64,000 nt of DNA, taken from contig JBAYLF010000003.1 in the NCBI GenBank assembly GCA_041664205.1, forward strand, positions 7,349-71,348. The letters are read 5' to 3'. The notes below the pieces were generated by a model, which ran no database searches, was not told the origin of the DNA, and was given only the letters and a program-made list of their open reading frames with translations. Both the position numbers and the translations under genes were made by a program. The stretch is from Minisyncoccota bacterium (GTDB taxonomy: Bacteria > Patescibacteriota > Minisyncoccia > Phycocordibacterales > JBAYLF01). Positions 9,408 to 19,325 of this stretch are shown piece by piece (the stretch's first letter is position 1; every line of letters begins with the position of its first letter).

Positions 9408-11070
9408 ATTGGTTCTTAAGAGAAGCTTTCATAAACTCGGTAAACAGCGGATGTGGAGAAAGTGGTCTAGCTTTAAACTCTGGATGAAATTGTGTTCCGA
9501 GAAAGAATGGGTGCTTGTTCTTTGGTAGTTCGGCAATTTCCATAAGTTTTAAATCAGGCGAAACTCCTGAAAAAACAAGTCCTGACTTTTCAAGCTCTCC
9601 TATGTATTCAGGATTAACTTCATAACGATGACGGTGTCTTTCGCTTATCTCTTTCGCACCATAAGCGCTTCCTGCAATTGTTCCTTCTTTTAAGTGCGCC
9701 TTATAAGCACCGAGCCTCATTGAACCTCCATAGTCATTTTTCTCAAGCTTATTTTTTTGCTCAGACATAATATCAATCACAAGGTGAGAAGATTTAGGAT
9801 TGATCTCAGCTGTATTTGCATCCTTCCAACCTAAAACATTTCGCGCATATTCTATTACTAAAAGCTGCATACCATAACAAAGACCAAAATATGGAATTTT
9901 ATTTGTTCGTAAATATTCTATTGCCTTCAACTTTCCATCAATGCCAGATTCCCCAAAACCACCCGGCACAATAACTCCGTCAAATTTTCCAAGTTCTTTT
10001 ATTTTTTTACTATCCTTTTCAAATTCCTTTGCATTAATCCATGATATCTTAGGCTTTATTCCTAAATGATATGAAGAAAATTTTATCGCTTCTATAACCG
10101 AAAGATACGAGTCAGACAAAACAAAATCTCCTGTATCAAAATATTTACCGACAATCGCAATATTAACTTCTTTTGATGCAGACTTAACTTTATTTACAAA
10201 CGATCTCCAAGAAGATAGGTCTATCTTCCCCTTTTTAATTCCTAGATGTTTTACGATCATTTCACCAATTTTATCTTTCTCAAAATTCAAAGGCACTTCA
10301 TAAATACTATCAATGTCCGGTGCTGAAATAACATTCTCTACAGGTACACTACACGAAATCGCAATTTTTTCTTTTCGTTTTTTATCAAGAGGCTGTTCAC
10401 CTCGAGCGATAATAAAATCTGCTTGAACACCATATGAGTTAAGTTGGTGCACCGCATTCTGTGTTGGTTTTGATTTCATCTCACCTAGTTTATTTGGAAT
10501 TGGCATATAAGAAACAAGAATAAACAAAACATCTTTTGGGTGACAAATTTTCATAACTCTCGCAGCTTCAATGAACATTATGTTTTGATAGTCGCCAACA
10601 GTGCCGCCAATCTCAATGATTGAAACATCTGATTTATTAACTTTAGCCGAAAGCTCAAAACGACGAATGATTTCATCTCTGATATTGGGAATAGCTTCTA
10701 CACATTTACCTCCATATTTAAGAGCTCGTTCATTTTCAATAACACGCTTATAAACCATTCCGGAAGTCATATAGTCTTCGTTGTGCAAATCGCGATTTAA
10801 AAATCTTTCATAATTCCCCATATCTTGATCTGTTTCAAGACCTGAATCCATAACAAAAACCTCACCATGTTCGGTGGGATTCATAGTTCCCGCATCAACA
10901 TTTAGATACGGATCAACTTTTACAATATTTACCTTATAACCTTTTGCCTCAAGAATTGTTCCTATAGAAGAAGTCGCAACACCCTTTCCAACACCAGACA
11001 TAACTCCCCCTATAACAAATATATATTTATGGTTTTTAGTAGTCATCATCTTTTCCATTGTATCTATCAA
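9406..11070 (-). CDS. pyrG: CTP synthase
   Basis: GGVMSGVGKG, DPYLNVDAGTMNP, VPGGFG, GLCYGMQ, ERHRHRYE, QFHPEF; true start may be ATG 11058 or a later ATG. Confidence 0.97.
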   Translation of the reverse strand: MIDTMEKMMTTKNHKYIFVIGGVMSGVGKGVATSSIGTILEAKGYKVNIVKVDPYLNVDAGTMNPTEHGEVFVMDSGLETDQDMGNYERFLNRDLHNEDYMTSGMVYKRVIENERALKYGGKCVEAIPNIRDEIIRRFELSAKVNKSDVSIIEIGGTVGDYQNIMFIEAARVMKICHPKDVLFILVSYMPIPNKLGEMKSKPTQNAVHQLNSYGVQADFIIARGEQPLDKKRKEKIAISCSVPVENVISAPDIDSIYEVPLNFEKDKIGEMIVKHLGIKKGKIDLSSWRSFVNKVKSASKEVNIAIVGKYFDTGDFVLSDSYLSVIEAIKFSSYHLGIKPKISWINAKEFEKDSKKIKELGKFDGVIVPGGFGESGIDGKLKAIEYLRTNKIPYFGLCYGMQLLVIEYARNVLGWKDANTAEINPKSSHLVIDIMSEQKNKLEKNDYGGSMRLGAYKAHLKEGTIAGSAYGAKEISERHRHRYEVNPEYIGELEKSGLVFSGVSPDLKLMEIAELPKNKHPFFLGTQFHPEFKARPLSPHPLFTEFMKASLKNQ

Positions 11071-11160
11071 AATAAGTTTTTCAATCTTGGCAAAAATTTA
11101 TTTTGTTTTGCAAAATAAAGATTCCTCTGGACAAAGCCCTGGGGTGAGATATTGAATCTA

Positions 11161-11227
11161 TATTTCGTCTTCGCTCGGACGCCATACAAACTGAGAGTTT
11201 GCGCGGCGCTCCTCGCTCGACGAAATA
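11161..11227. repeat. GC-rich REP-like hairpin element upstream of pyrG
   Basis: TATTTCGTC/GACGAAATA outer repeat, inner CGCC..CAAACT-GAG-AGTTTG..GGCG. Confidence 0.55.
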
Positions 11228-11261
11228 AAAAAAACACCTCGTAATTAATTACGAGGTGTTT
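11227..11261 (-). terminator. Terminator of the GH57 gene
   Basis: AAACACCTCGTAATTAATTACGAGGTGTTT palindrome with A/T tracts. Confidence 0.75.
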
Positions 11262-11274
11262 ATAATTCTAGACT

Positions 11275-12453
11275 TTATCGTGTTAAACGATCCATTTCGT
11301 TATGATGAAATTCCAAAGCAATCTTTATGTTTGGATCAGTTGTATAATCAATGATCTGTTTAAAAAGAGGTAGACACCAACGTGCGACACCACCTTTTCC
11401 TAAAGAATACAACCATGGAGTGCAACTATAGAAAGATTTTTCCAAAAGCTGATTCAAGGCTGTAGAACTATCAGGATCCCACATGCGCAAGGCATGATGC
11501 ATAAACAAATTCCAATGTGTATGAAATTCCACACCAGGATCTCTCCATAACGGATAAGGATTACTCCTATCTGCAGTTGACCATGTGCCTTCCGGTATAA
11601 CAACTTCAGTCCGAGGAAATGATTCATAAACATCAGAAAGATGAGCGAACTCACAGACTGACTTACGACTCATAACAGCATCAAAAAATGGGATCAGAAA
11701 TCTCCTGAAAGCATTTTCTTGATGATGACCAAAAGTCTCACCGTCCATTGCAATTACAATGTAGGTGTCTCCAGAGATTTGACAACGTTCCTTCCAATTA
11801 AGTTGGGAATTGATTAAATAGTGACCGAATTCATATCCATTTGTATATTTTTCAAATGAAATTGCATCCGACCATTCTCTTGATCTCAGGATAATCCCAA
11901 AATCATTCATACTCGGAACCCAGTTTTGAGGAACCCTTTCATGTTCTGGAAAATCCAGACGGCTCTTCTTAAAAGGATCATCACAAGCCAAGCACCATTT
12001 ATATCCCAATCGCTGAAAGATCGGAACAAGTCTTGAATCAAACGCCATTTCAGGAGGAAAAACCCCTGTTACGTTTTCTGCTTCAAAAAATTCTTGATAG
12101 CATTTTTTGTTTAACTCAAGCTGCTTTTCAATCATTCTTTCATAAGAAACTCCTAATCCCGCTCTTTCATAAGGAAACAAGAGTGGAAAAAGATAATGAT
12201 AAGCAGAAGTATTTACAAACTCAACTTGCCTATTAAGCCTATGAAGTCTGTTTAATCTCTGAGTGAAACCCTTTGGCAAAGTTTTTATCTGATCAACAAG
12301 TGACAAAGGAATATCTATAGAAACCAAAAACTCCGGCCGACTTTCCAACATTTCAAGATGTGGTAAGTATGACTGATAATAAATTTCCTCAGTCTTATAT
12401 GATACTTGAGTCGGGGGCTGATAAACGTGAAGTAAAACAACTATTTTAAGCAT
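11275..12453 (-). CDS. Glycoside hydrolase family 57 (alpha-amylase/amylopullulanase-like)
   Basis: HVYQP, SAYHYLFPL, GVFPPEMAF (nucleophile E), MDGETFGHH (acid/base D). Confidence 0.85.
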   Translation of the reverse strand: MLKIVVLLHVYQPPTQVSYKTEEIYYQSYLPHLEMLESRPEFLVSIDIPLSLVDQIKTLPKGFTQRLNRLHRLNRQVEFVNTSAYHYLFPLLFPYERAGLGVSYERMIEKQLELNKKCYQEFFEAENVTGVFPPEMAFDSRLVPIFQRLGYKWCLACDDPFKKSRLDFPEHERVPQNWVPSMNDFGIILRSREWSDAISFEKYTNGYEFGHYLINSQLNWKERCQISGDTYIVIAMDGETFGHHQENAFRRFLIPFFDAVMSRKSVCEFAHLSDVYESFPRTEVVIPEGTWSTADRSNPYPLWRDPGVEFHTHWNLFMHHALRMWDPDSSTALNQLLEKSFYSCTPWLYSLGKGGVARWCLPLFKQIIDYTTDPNIKIALEFHHNEMDRLTR

Positions 12454-12567
12454 TCCAAATCCTTTCTTTCTGTTTGTTTTTTCTGTTCTTAGAATACCAC
12501 GAAATTACCAAGGGTCAATTGGACATAAAAAGCAAGATATGGTGAAATTTTGTTTATTCAGGCTGAT

Positions 12568-13611
12568 TTAATTTCTATCAAACATCGGGTTTAGTTGTTC
12601 TGTAACCCTTACAAAAGTTGTTCGTTTTGGAAGCTCTTTTAATTTGCGAGCGCCAACATAAGTGCAGGCAGATCTAAGTCCTCCAAGGATTTCTTGTATC
12701 GTTATTTCAACAGGACCTTTTAGAGGAACATCTACAGATCGTCCTTCGCTCGTCCTGTATTTTGCAACACCATTATTATGTTTCATCATCGACTCTTCAG
12801 AAGAAGAGCCATAAAAACGCAAATATTTTTTACCATCCTTTTCTATTATTTCTGATTCTGACTCTTCGTGCCCTGCAAGCATTCCGCCAAGCATTACGAA
12901 ATCGGCACCAGCGCCAAAAGCTTTTACAATATCTCCTGGAACCTGACATCCGCCGTCAGCGCAAATATGTCCACCAACGCCATGTGCAGCATCTGCGCAT
13001 TCGATAACTGCGGAAAGTTGCGGATAACCAACGCCTGTCATTTTTCTCGTAGTGCAAGCCGAACCAGAACCGATTCCGACTTTAACAATATCTGCACCCG
13101 AAAGAATAAGTTGCTCTGTCATCTCACCCGTCACGACATTACCAGCCATTATTATTGAGTTCGGAAATTTCTCGCGAATACTTTTTATGAAATCTGCGAA
13201 ACGCTCCGTGTAACCATTCGCAACATCTATACAAATATTTTTTAAAAAATTCTTTCCACCTTTTTTTGCAAAATTAGAAAGCTTAGAGAGATCGGCATCT
13301 TTTATCCCCATCGTATAAAAAACTTTGTCGGCTAATTTTTCTTTTTTATAAAATTGCAGAAGTTCATCAATCTCATAATGTTTATGAAAAGCAACCATCA
13401 TGTCATGTTTTGAAAACGATCGCGCCATAGACATAGTGCCAACACCATCCATATTAGAAGCAATAACTGGTATGCCTTCGAAAGTATTATTGTTATTTCT
13501 GAAAGCAAACTTTCGAGAAATATCGACATCTGCCCTACTATTAAGAGTTGAGCGCTTCGGCCTTAAAAGAACATCTTTGTAATCAAGCTTAACCTCTTCT
13601 TCTATTCTCAT
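12568..13611 (-). CDS. guaC: GMP reductase
   Basis: [48 protein letters not shown]. Confidence 0.95.
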   Translation of the reverse strand: MRIEEEVKLDYKDVLLRPKRSTLNSRADVDISRKFAFRNNNNTFEGIPVIASNMDGVGTMSMARSFSKHDMMVAFHKHYEIDELLQFYKKEKLADKVFYTMGIKDADLSKLSNFAKKGGKNFLKNICIDVANGYTERFADFIKSIREKFPNSIIMAGNVVTGEMTEQLILSGADIVKVGIGSGSACTTRKMTGVGYPQLSAVIECADAAHGVGGHICADGGCQVPGDIVKAFGAGADFVMLGGMLAGHEESESEIIEKDGKKYLRFYGSSSEESMMKHNNGVAKYRTSEGRSVDVPLKGPVEITIQEILGGLRSACTYVGARKLKELPKRTTFVRVTEQLNPMFDRN

Positions 13612-13739
13612 ATCTTTATTTCTTTAGTTATTATAAATTGGCAATCTAATTATATATTAAGCATCCTGGCGGTCAAAATTTCCAGATTATAGAAAAAATA
13701 GTATTATTAGTATTAAAGCTAATTTAACGTTTTAAATTT

Positions 13740-14258
13740 ATGGTTTTATCAACACACATGGTTGTCGGCGCCCTATTGGCACAACAAGTCAGTAATCCCT
13801 TTGTTGCTTTTTTTGTTGGCTTTTTAAGTCACTTTGTTCTAGATGCTATTCCCCACTGGGATTACGAAGTAAAAGCATTAATAATGCGTGATAAAGAAAA
13901 TAAACTTAATAGTTCTACATCTGTTAATTTAAAATCATTATATGATCTTATTAAAATCGGATGCGATGTTTTACTCGGTTTTATAATAATTTTTATAATT
14001 TTCAAAATTTATAGTTTAGATCAAATTCTAGAATCTCAAAATCTATACATACTTATAGGCGCAATAGGCGGAGCTACGCCAGACTTTTTGCAATTCGTAT
14101 TTTTCCATTGGAAAAATAATAAATACATTTACGGATTACTTGTTAATCTTCAGAAATTTCACATGTGGATTCATTCTCAGAAAAAAACACTTACTCCAAT
14201 AGTAGGAATCACTTTCCAAGTCATTGTGGTTATAATTGCTTTTATTTGTTTAAGATAA
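13740..14258 (+). CDS. Integral membrane protein, putative metal-dependent hydrolase-like
   Basis: THMVVG, SHFVLDAIPHWD, PD and FHMWIH His/Asp motifs with TM segments. Confidence 0.65.
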   Translation: MVLSTHMVVGALLAQQVSNPFVAFFVGFLSHFVLDAIPHWDYEVKALIMRDKENKLNSSTSVNLKSLYDLIKIGCDVLLGFIIIFIIFKIYSLDQILESQNLYILIGAIGGATPDFLQFVFFHWKNNKYIYGLLVNLQKFHMWIHSQKKTLTPIVGITFQVIVVIIAFICLR

Positions 14259-14262
14259 ATTA

Positions 14263-14877
14263 ATGCTCAAATATCTAGATCCATTATTCCTAATACAGTC
14301 CGCGGGCCTTATCGGCGTTTTGTTTATAATCTTTGCCGAGTCCGGATTATTCTTCGGATTTTTCTTGCCCGGCGATTCGCTTCTTTTTACAGCAGGCTTT
14401 TTGGCTTCGCAAGGATATTTTAATTTATTTGTATTGATAGTATTAACTTTCTTTGCTGCAGTATTAGGAGACAATTTCGGATATCAATTCGGAAAGCATA
14501 TAGGACCAAAAATTTTTACAAAAGAAGATTCGCTTTTTTTTCGCAAAGAACATGTTATCAGAACAAAAAAGTTTTATGAGCGTTACGGCAAAAAAGCTTT
14601 GGTGATAGCTCGATTCATTCCAATAGTAAGAACGTTCACACCAATACTTGCCGGAGTCGGTCAGATGGAATATAAAACTTTTTTTACTTATAATCTAATT
14701 GGGGGTGCGGCATGGACGCTACTTTTAATAAACCTGGGATTTTTCTTAGGAACATTGATTAAAGATGCCGACCGATTTATTTTACCAATTGTTTTAGTTA
14801 TAATTGTTATATCTTTTCTTCCAGGAGTTTGGGAAATCATAAAGATTAAAAAAGAATCACAAAATAAAAAAATTTAA
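14263..14877 (+). CDS. DedA/VTT-domain membrane protein
   Basis: FAESGLFFGFFLPGDSLLF, ARFIPIVRTF. Confidence 0.93.
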   Translation: MLKYLDPLFLIQSAGLIGVLFIIFAESGLFFGFFLPGDSLLFTAGFLASQGYFNLFVLIVLTFFAAVLGDNFGYQFGKHIGPKIFTKEDSLFFRKEHVIRTKKFYERYGKKALVIARFIPIVRTFTPILAGVGQMEYKTFFTYNLIGGAAWTLLLINLGFFLGTLIKDADRFILPIVLVIIVISFLPGVWEIIKIKKESQNKKI

Positions 14878-14899
14878 AATTTAATAATAATTATTTAAT

Positions 14900-15340
14900 A
14901 TGAAAAAAACATTTAGTGAATTTAGAGACTTTGCAATTAGAGGAAACATCACCGATATGGCAATTGGAGTCGCCCTTGGAGGTGCTGTTGGAAAAGTAGT
15001 TACATCTTTTGTAACTGACGTCATTATGCCACCTATAGGATTACTTATCGGTAAGGTTGATTTTGCCAACCTTTTTATAAGTCTTTCAGAAAAACAATAC
15101 AGCACGGTAGCACAGGCACAAGCAGTAGGTGTGCCAACTATTAATTACGGACTTTTCATTAACACATTCATTAACCTTTTAATAATAGCTTTCGTCGTAT
15201 TTATTTTTAGCAAACGCGTTAATAAACTTAGAGAAGAAGTAACTCCACCAGCAGTCACAAAAAAATGTCCGTTTTGTGCTTCAGCTATTTCAATAGAAGC
15301 AAAACGCTGCCCTCTTTGCACCTCAGAGTTAGATAAATAA
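14900..15340 (+). CDS. mscL: Large-conductance mechanosensitive channel with C-terminal CxxC..CxxC zinc ribbon
   Basis: EFRDFAIRGNITDMAIGV, VIMPPIG, NYGLFIN; CPFC...CPLC tail. Confidence 0.93.
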   Translation: MKKTFSEFRDFAIRGNITDMAIGVALGGAVGKVVTSFVTDVIMPPIGLLIGKVDFANLFISLSEKQYSTVAQAQAVGVPTINYGLFINTFINLLIIAFVVFIFSKRVNKLREEVTPPAVTKKCPFCASAISIEAKRCPLCTSELDK

Positions 15341-15459
15341 CAGATAAATTCTATATAAAATCTCAAACACTATACTTTTTTAAAAAGTTATGCTATATTT
15401 GTAATGCTAATAACGGCCATTTATTGCCGTTTTTTTGTCACTAATCAATTTAAAAACAA

Positions 15460-17253
15460 ATGGAAATCAGAAATATCGCAATCATAGCCCACGTTGACCA
15501 CGGTAAGACAACACTAACTGATGCCTTAATGAGACAGACAGGAATGGTTAAAGAAGAAAATGTAACCATGGACTCAAACGCTCTAGAACAAGAGCGCGGT
15601 ATTACTATTTACTCAAAAAATACCTCTGTATTTTACAAAGACACAAAAATAAATATTGTAGACACTCCGGGCCACGCAGACTTCGGTTCTGAAGTCGAGC
15701 GAGTTTTGCGTTCAATCGACTCAGTGCTTCTAGTGGTAGACGCGCAAGAAGGACCGATGCCACAAACACGATTTGTGCTAAAAAAATCTCTTGAACTTGG
15801 TCTTAAGCCAATAGTTGTAATAAATAAAATAGATAAACAAGCAGCCAATCCAGAAAGAACTCATGAAGAAGTATTAGAGCTCTTTATGGATCTCGGAGCA
15901 ACAGATGAACAGCTTAATTTCACTACGGTTTACGCAATCGGACGCGAAGGTATGGCGAAAAGAAATTTAACCGACGAAAGCACAAACCTCTTCCCTCTTC
16001 TTGATGTAATTTTAGAAAAAGTTCTGCCTGCGCCACAAAACAAAGATATGCCTCTTCGCGCACAATCTTTTAACTTAGGCTATGACAACTTCTTAGGACG
16101 CCTCGCTGTCTGCAGAGTTTATGAAGGCACCTTAAAGAGCGGACAAAATGTTTTTGCAAAAAGACCTGACGGAACTAATCATTCAGGCAAAATCACAAAG
16201 CTTTATACTTTCGAAGGAATTCAACGCAAAGAAGTAAGCGAGGCAGAAGCTGGCGACATCGTAATGATCGCAGGACTTCCTGAAATTTATATAGGAGAAA
16301 CAATTTGCGAAAGCGAATCTCAAGAGGTTTTGCCTGCAATTAAAGTAGACGAACCAACGATTGCATTAAATTTATTAGTTAACGATTCACCTTTTGCAGG
16401 ACGCGAAGGAAAATTCGTAACAACAAGACAGATCGGCGAACGATTACAAAAAGAGCTCGAGGTAAACATCGGACTAAAAGTTGATTTTTCACAAGGTGAC
16501 ACTTTTAAAGTATTCGGACGTGGAGAACTTCACATTTCAATTCTTTTGGAAAATATGAGAAGAGAAGGATATGAACTTCAAGTTTCGCAACCACAGGCAA
16601 TAATCAAAGAAATTGATGGTGTAAAAAATGAGCCATTTGAAGAAGTAACTATAGAAGTGCCGAATGAAGTAGTCGGCGCAGTTATTGAAAAAATGGGAAA
16701 ACGAAAAGGAATAATAACATCGATGAAACAGGAAGAAAATATTACCCGTATTATTTTTGAAATACCTACACGAGGCCTTTTAGGTTACCGAAATCAATTT
16801 ATTGTGGACACTCGAGGTAATGGTATTTTATGCAACAGATTTATAGATTTTAAACCTTACGCTGGAGAAATAGAAAAACGAGAAACCGGCTCAATGATCT
16901 CAATGGCAAACGGCAAGACACTCGCATTTTCTTTGTGGAATTTGCAAAACAGAGGAGTGCTTTACATTGAACCTGCAACAGAAGTTTACGAAGGTATGGT
17001 AATAGGAAACGTTACAAAAGGCGACGAACTTGATGTTAATCCAACAAAAGGAAAACAGCTTACAAACATGCGCGCATCAGGATCTGATGAAGGAATTTTC
17101 TTAATACCAGCAACACCTCTTAATATCGAACGAGGACTTGAAATAATGGCAGAAGATGAATATTTGGAAATAACTCCAAAGTCTACAAGATTACGAAAAA
17201 AATATTTAACAAAGATTGATCGCTCTAGAGCGACAAGAAAAGAAAATAAATAA
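15460..17253 (+). CDS. typA: Translational GTPase TypA/BipA
   Basis: [35 protein letters not shown]. Confidence 0.97.
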   Translation: MEIRNIAIIAHVDHGKTTLTDALMRQTGMVKEENVTMDSNALEQERGITIYSKNTSVFYKDTKINIVDTPGHADFGSEVERVLRSIDSVLLVVDAQEGPMPQTRFVLKKSLELGLKPIVVINKIDKQAANPERTHEEVLELFMDLGATDEQLNFTTVYAIGREGMAKRNLTDESTNLFPLLDVILEKVLPAPQNKDMPLRAQSFNLGYDNFLGRLAVCRVYEGTLKSGQNVFAKRPDGTNHSGKITKLYTFEGIQRKEVSEAEAGDIVMIAGLPEIYIGETICESESQEVLPAIKVDEPTIALNLLVNDSPFAGREGKFVTTRQIGERLQKELEVNIGLKVDFSQGDTFKVFGRGELHISILLENMRREGYELQVSQPQAIIKEIDGVKNEPFEEVTIEVPNEVVGAVIEKMGKRKGIITSMKQEENITRIIFEIPTRGLLGYRNQFIVDTRGNGILCNRFIDFKPYAGEIEKRETGSMISMANGKTLAFSLWNLQNRGVLYIEPATEVYEGMVIGNVTKGDELDVNPTKGKQLTNMRASGSDEGIFLIPATPLNIERGLEIMAEDEYLEITPKSTRLRKKYLTKIDRSRATRKENK

Positions 17254-17256
17254 AAG

Positions 17257-17287
17257 AAAAACTCCGCAATATATTGCGGAGTTTTTT
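17257..17287. terminator. Bidirectional terminator (typA / 17310 gene)
   Basis: AAAACTCCGCAAT-AT-ATTGCGGAGTTTT. Confidence 0.8.
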
Positions 17288-17309
17288 AAAAAATAGATAA
17301 AGAACGGCA

Positions 17310-17747
17310 TTATGCTGCCACCGCATAAAGTTTTTTGTGAACTTTTTTTACAGATTTAGCATTTTGAGAATCATTATTAATCCATGATTTGATAATTTTT
17401 AAATAATTTCTTACTCTCTCCTCATCAATTTTTCTATGACATGAATCTAAAGCAATTGAATTCTTTCCACAAATAAAGCGGTTAAAAATCCTAGTATTCC
17501 AAGCGACGTGAGTCTTACCCCAATTTGCTTCTTTTTTTTCAACAAGCTTCCATATTAAAAGAAAAAGCTCTTCAAAGGGGGTTTTAAATTTATCAGTTAT
17601 AACGACCTCCTCCATTCGATCTATAACTTGTCTTGCTTTACCAACATTACCCAAAAATCCATATCCAAGGTGATTGAGTAAATCCATAAATTTTCGATCC
17701 TTTGCAGGAACGTATGGATCTTTTTCCATTTCCCATTTTGTTTTCAT
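17310..17747 (-). CDS. Hypothetical protein, paralogue 1, C-terminus KKLYAVAA
   Basis: 145-aa ORF sharing EELFLLIxKL, LDxCxR and KKLYAxAA with 17852-18280; own promoter and terminator. Confidence 0.75.
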   Translation of the reverse strand: MKTKWEMEKDPYVPAKDRKFMDLLNHLGYGFLGNVGKARQVIDRMEEVVITDKFKTPFEELFLLIWKLVEKKEANWGKTHVAWNTRIFNRFICGKNSIALDSCHRKIDEERVRNYLKIIKSWINNDSQNAKSVKKVHKKLYAVAA

Positions 17748-17800
17748 ATTTTTTAGAACTGATCGGACTACACATTAACATACAATTTTAAAAAACGCAA
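17745..17800 (-). promoter_or_regulatory. 56-bp promoter/leader, copy 1 (identical to 18278-18333)
   Basis: TTGCGT-17bp-TAATGT with extended TG, then GTAGTCCGATCAGTTCTAAAAAATATG. Confidence 0.75.
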
Positions 17801-17806
17801 ACAAAT

Positions 17807-17834
17807 AAAAAACTCCGTTTATCGCGGAGTTTTT
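17807..17834 (-). terminator. Terminator of the 17852 gene
   Basis: AAAAACTCCG..CGGAGTTTTT. Confidence 0.7.
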
Positions 17835-17851
17835 ATGAGAAAATAACAATA

Positions 17852-18280
17852 TTAAGCTGCTGCTGCATAAAGTTTTTTCCTTTTTGCAGAAGGCTTAACA
17901 GTTTTTTGATTCTCATCTTTTAACCATGCCTTTAGAATTCTGACATAACTTTGTGCTTTCTCTTTTTGAGGTTCTCTGTAACATAGGTCCAGATTAATTC
18001 TTCTATTTCCATAAACAAATACGGAATAAGATTTTATCCAATAAGCACCCTTATTTTGAAGTTTAAATATTAGAAGAAAGAGTTCTTCATGATAATTTTT
18101 AAAATCACCAGAACTAATAATCTCTCTCACCCTGTTAATAAAATCTTTACCTTTCTGATCTCCAGAACTAAGTATAATAGGCCCTATACGATTTAGAATT
18201 ACTAAAATTCGTTTTTCTTCTTGGTGCCTTGCCTCACTTTCTGGATTTTTATATTTCAATTTTTTCTGTTTCGTTTCCAT
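17852..18280 (-). CDS. Hypothetical protein, paralogue 2, C-terminus KKLYAAAA
   Basis: 142-aa ORF; see paralogue 1. Confidence 0.75.
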   Translation of the reverse strand: METKQKKLKYKNPESEARHQEEKRILVILNRIGPIILSSGDQKGKDFINRVREIISSGDFKNYHEELFLLIFKLQNKGAYWIKSYSVFVYGNRRINLDLCYREPQKEKAQSYVRILKAWLKDENQKTVKPSAKRKKLYAAAA

Positions 18281-18333
18281 ATTTTTTAGAACTGATCGGA
18301 CTACACATTAACATACAATTTTAAAAAACGCAA
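18278..18333 (-). promoter_or_regulatory. 56-bp promoter/leader, copy 2
   Basis: Base-for-base identical to 17745-17800. Confidence 0.75.
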
Positions 18334-18340
18334 GTATACG

Positions 18341-18375
18341 AAAATACCCATCACGTTAAACGTGATGGGTATTTT
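18341..18375 (-). terminator. Terminator of the RRM gene
   Basis: AAAATACCCATCACGTT-A-AACGTGATGGGTATTTT. Confidence 0.8.
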
Positions 18376-18393
18376 CTAAAGCACTAAAATTAA

Positions 18394-18738
18394 TTAGTAG
18401 CTTCTTCGTTGATCTCTTCGATCACCGCCTCGATCATAGCCTCCACCGAAGCCTCCTCGACTTCCTCCTCGTGGTGCCATTGGTCGATCGCTCTTTGGTC
18501 GAGCTTCGTTGACAGTAATGTTTCGTCCGTCTAGTTCTGCACCATTTAGAGTCTGGATAGCTTGTTCAGCTGCTCCGTCATCTACCATAGTAACAAAACC
18601 AAATCCTCGAGACTTACCTGTCATCTTGTCAGTGATAACTTGAACATCTTCAACTTCGCCGTATTGAGCGAAAGCTTGTTTCAAACTATCATTTGTAGTT
18701 GCCCATGCTAGGCCACCTACATATAACTTCTTTGCCAT
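18394..18738 (-). CDS. RRM-domain RNA-binding protein with RGG tail
   Basis: RNP2 LYVGGL, RNP1 RGFGFVTM, VNEARP, RGG-rich C-terminus. Confidence 0.95.
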   Translation of the reverse strand: MAKKLYVGGLAWATTNDSLKQAFAQYGEVEDVQVITDKMTGKSRGFGFVTMVDDGAAEQAIQTLNGAELDGRNITVNEARPKSDRPMAPRGGSRGGFGGGYDRGGDRRDQRRSY

Positions 18739-18970
18739 AGGTATATAGAATTTTCTTTATAAAATTGTCGATAGAACGACCTTCCCTATGGCTAATTTAA
18801 TCCATTGAGAAACTTCTTCGAACCTCCCAATAATAAACCATATAGCTAAAAAAGTCAATGAGTAAAATTATTGCCTAACACTTTAAATTTTATTGAAATT
18901 TATTAGCTTTTGATTAACTTATAGTGCTATGATTAACTTTTAAAGTGTATTAAAAAATATAATTGTTATT

Positions 18971-19318
18971 ATGAAAAATTCATTTGAAGAAACAGTCCTA
19001 CCAAATAACGAATTAGAAAATACTTCCGACGTAGAAAAAAATAATAAAATTTGGGAAGAAATAAAAAGAAAAAATTTCAGTCGAGTAGATGAATTAACTC
19101 TTATTAGTGATGAAATAATTGAAATCTTACTAAAACAACCTAAAGAAAACGGAATTTTTTTAAGTAATCTCAAATCTATTACTGATCGCCAAGCAGAACG
19201 TTTATCAAAATACGAAGGTAGTGTCTATCTTGAAAATCTTGATGTTACAGATCAACAAGCAGAATTTTTATCGAAACCTAACATTACATGGTCTTACAAA
19301 TACCATGATTCAATCTAA
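18971..19318 (+). CDS. Hypothetical protein with short LRR-like repeats
   Basis: LSNLKSITDRQAERLSK / LENLDVTDQQAEFLSK repeats. Confidence 0.55.
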   Translation: MKNSFEETVLPNNELENTSDVEKNNKIWEEIKRKNFSRVDELTLISDEIIEILLKQPKENGIFLSNLKSITDRQAERLSKYEGSVYLENLDVTDQQAEFLSKPNITWSYKYHDSI

Positions 19319-19325
19319 TTTTTTA

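Noticed and set aside
9114-9487. ORFs 9114-9419 and 9299-9487 spanning the truB-pyrG gap
   Set aside because: Read-through of the palindromic element, antisense to real genes
11135-11156. Possible tRNA gene
   Set aside because: Only a 3'-half-like fragment; no D arm, anticodon arm or matching 5' acceptor strand
17745-18333. 56-bp direct repeats as CRISPR repeats or att sites
   Set aside because: Only two copies 533 bp apart, each a promoter ending at an ATG; no cas or integrase gene
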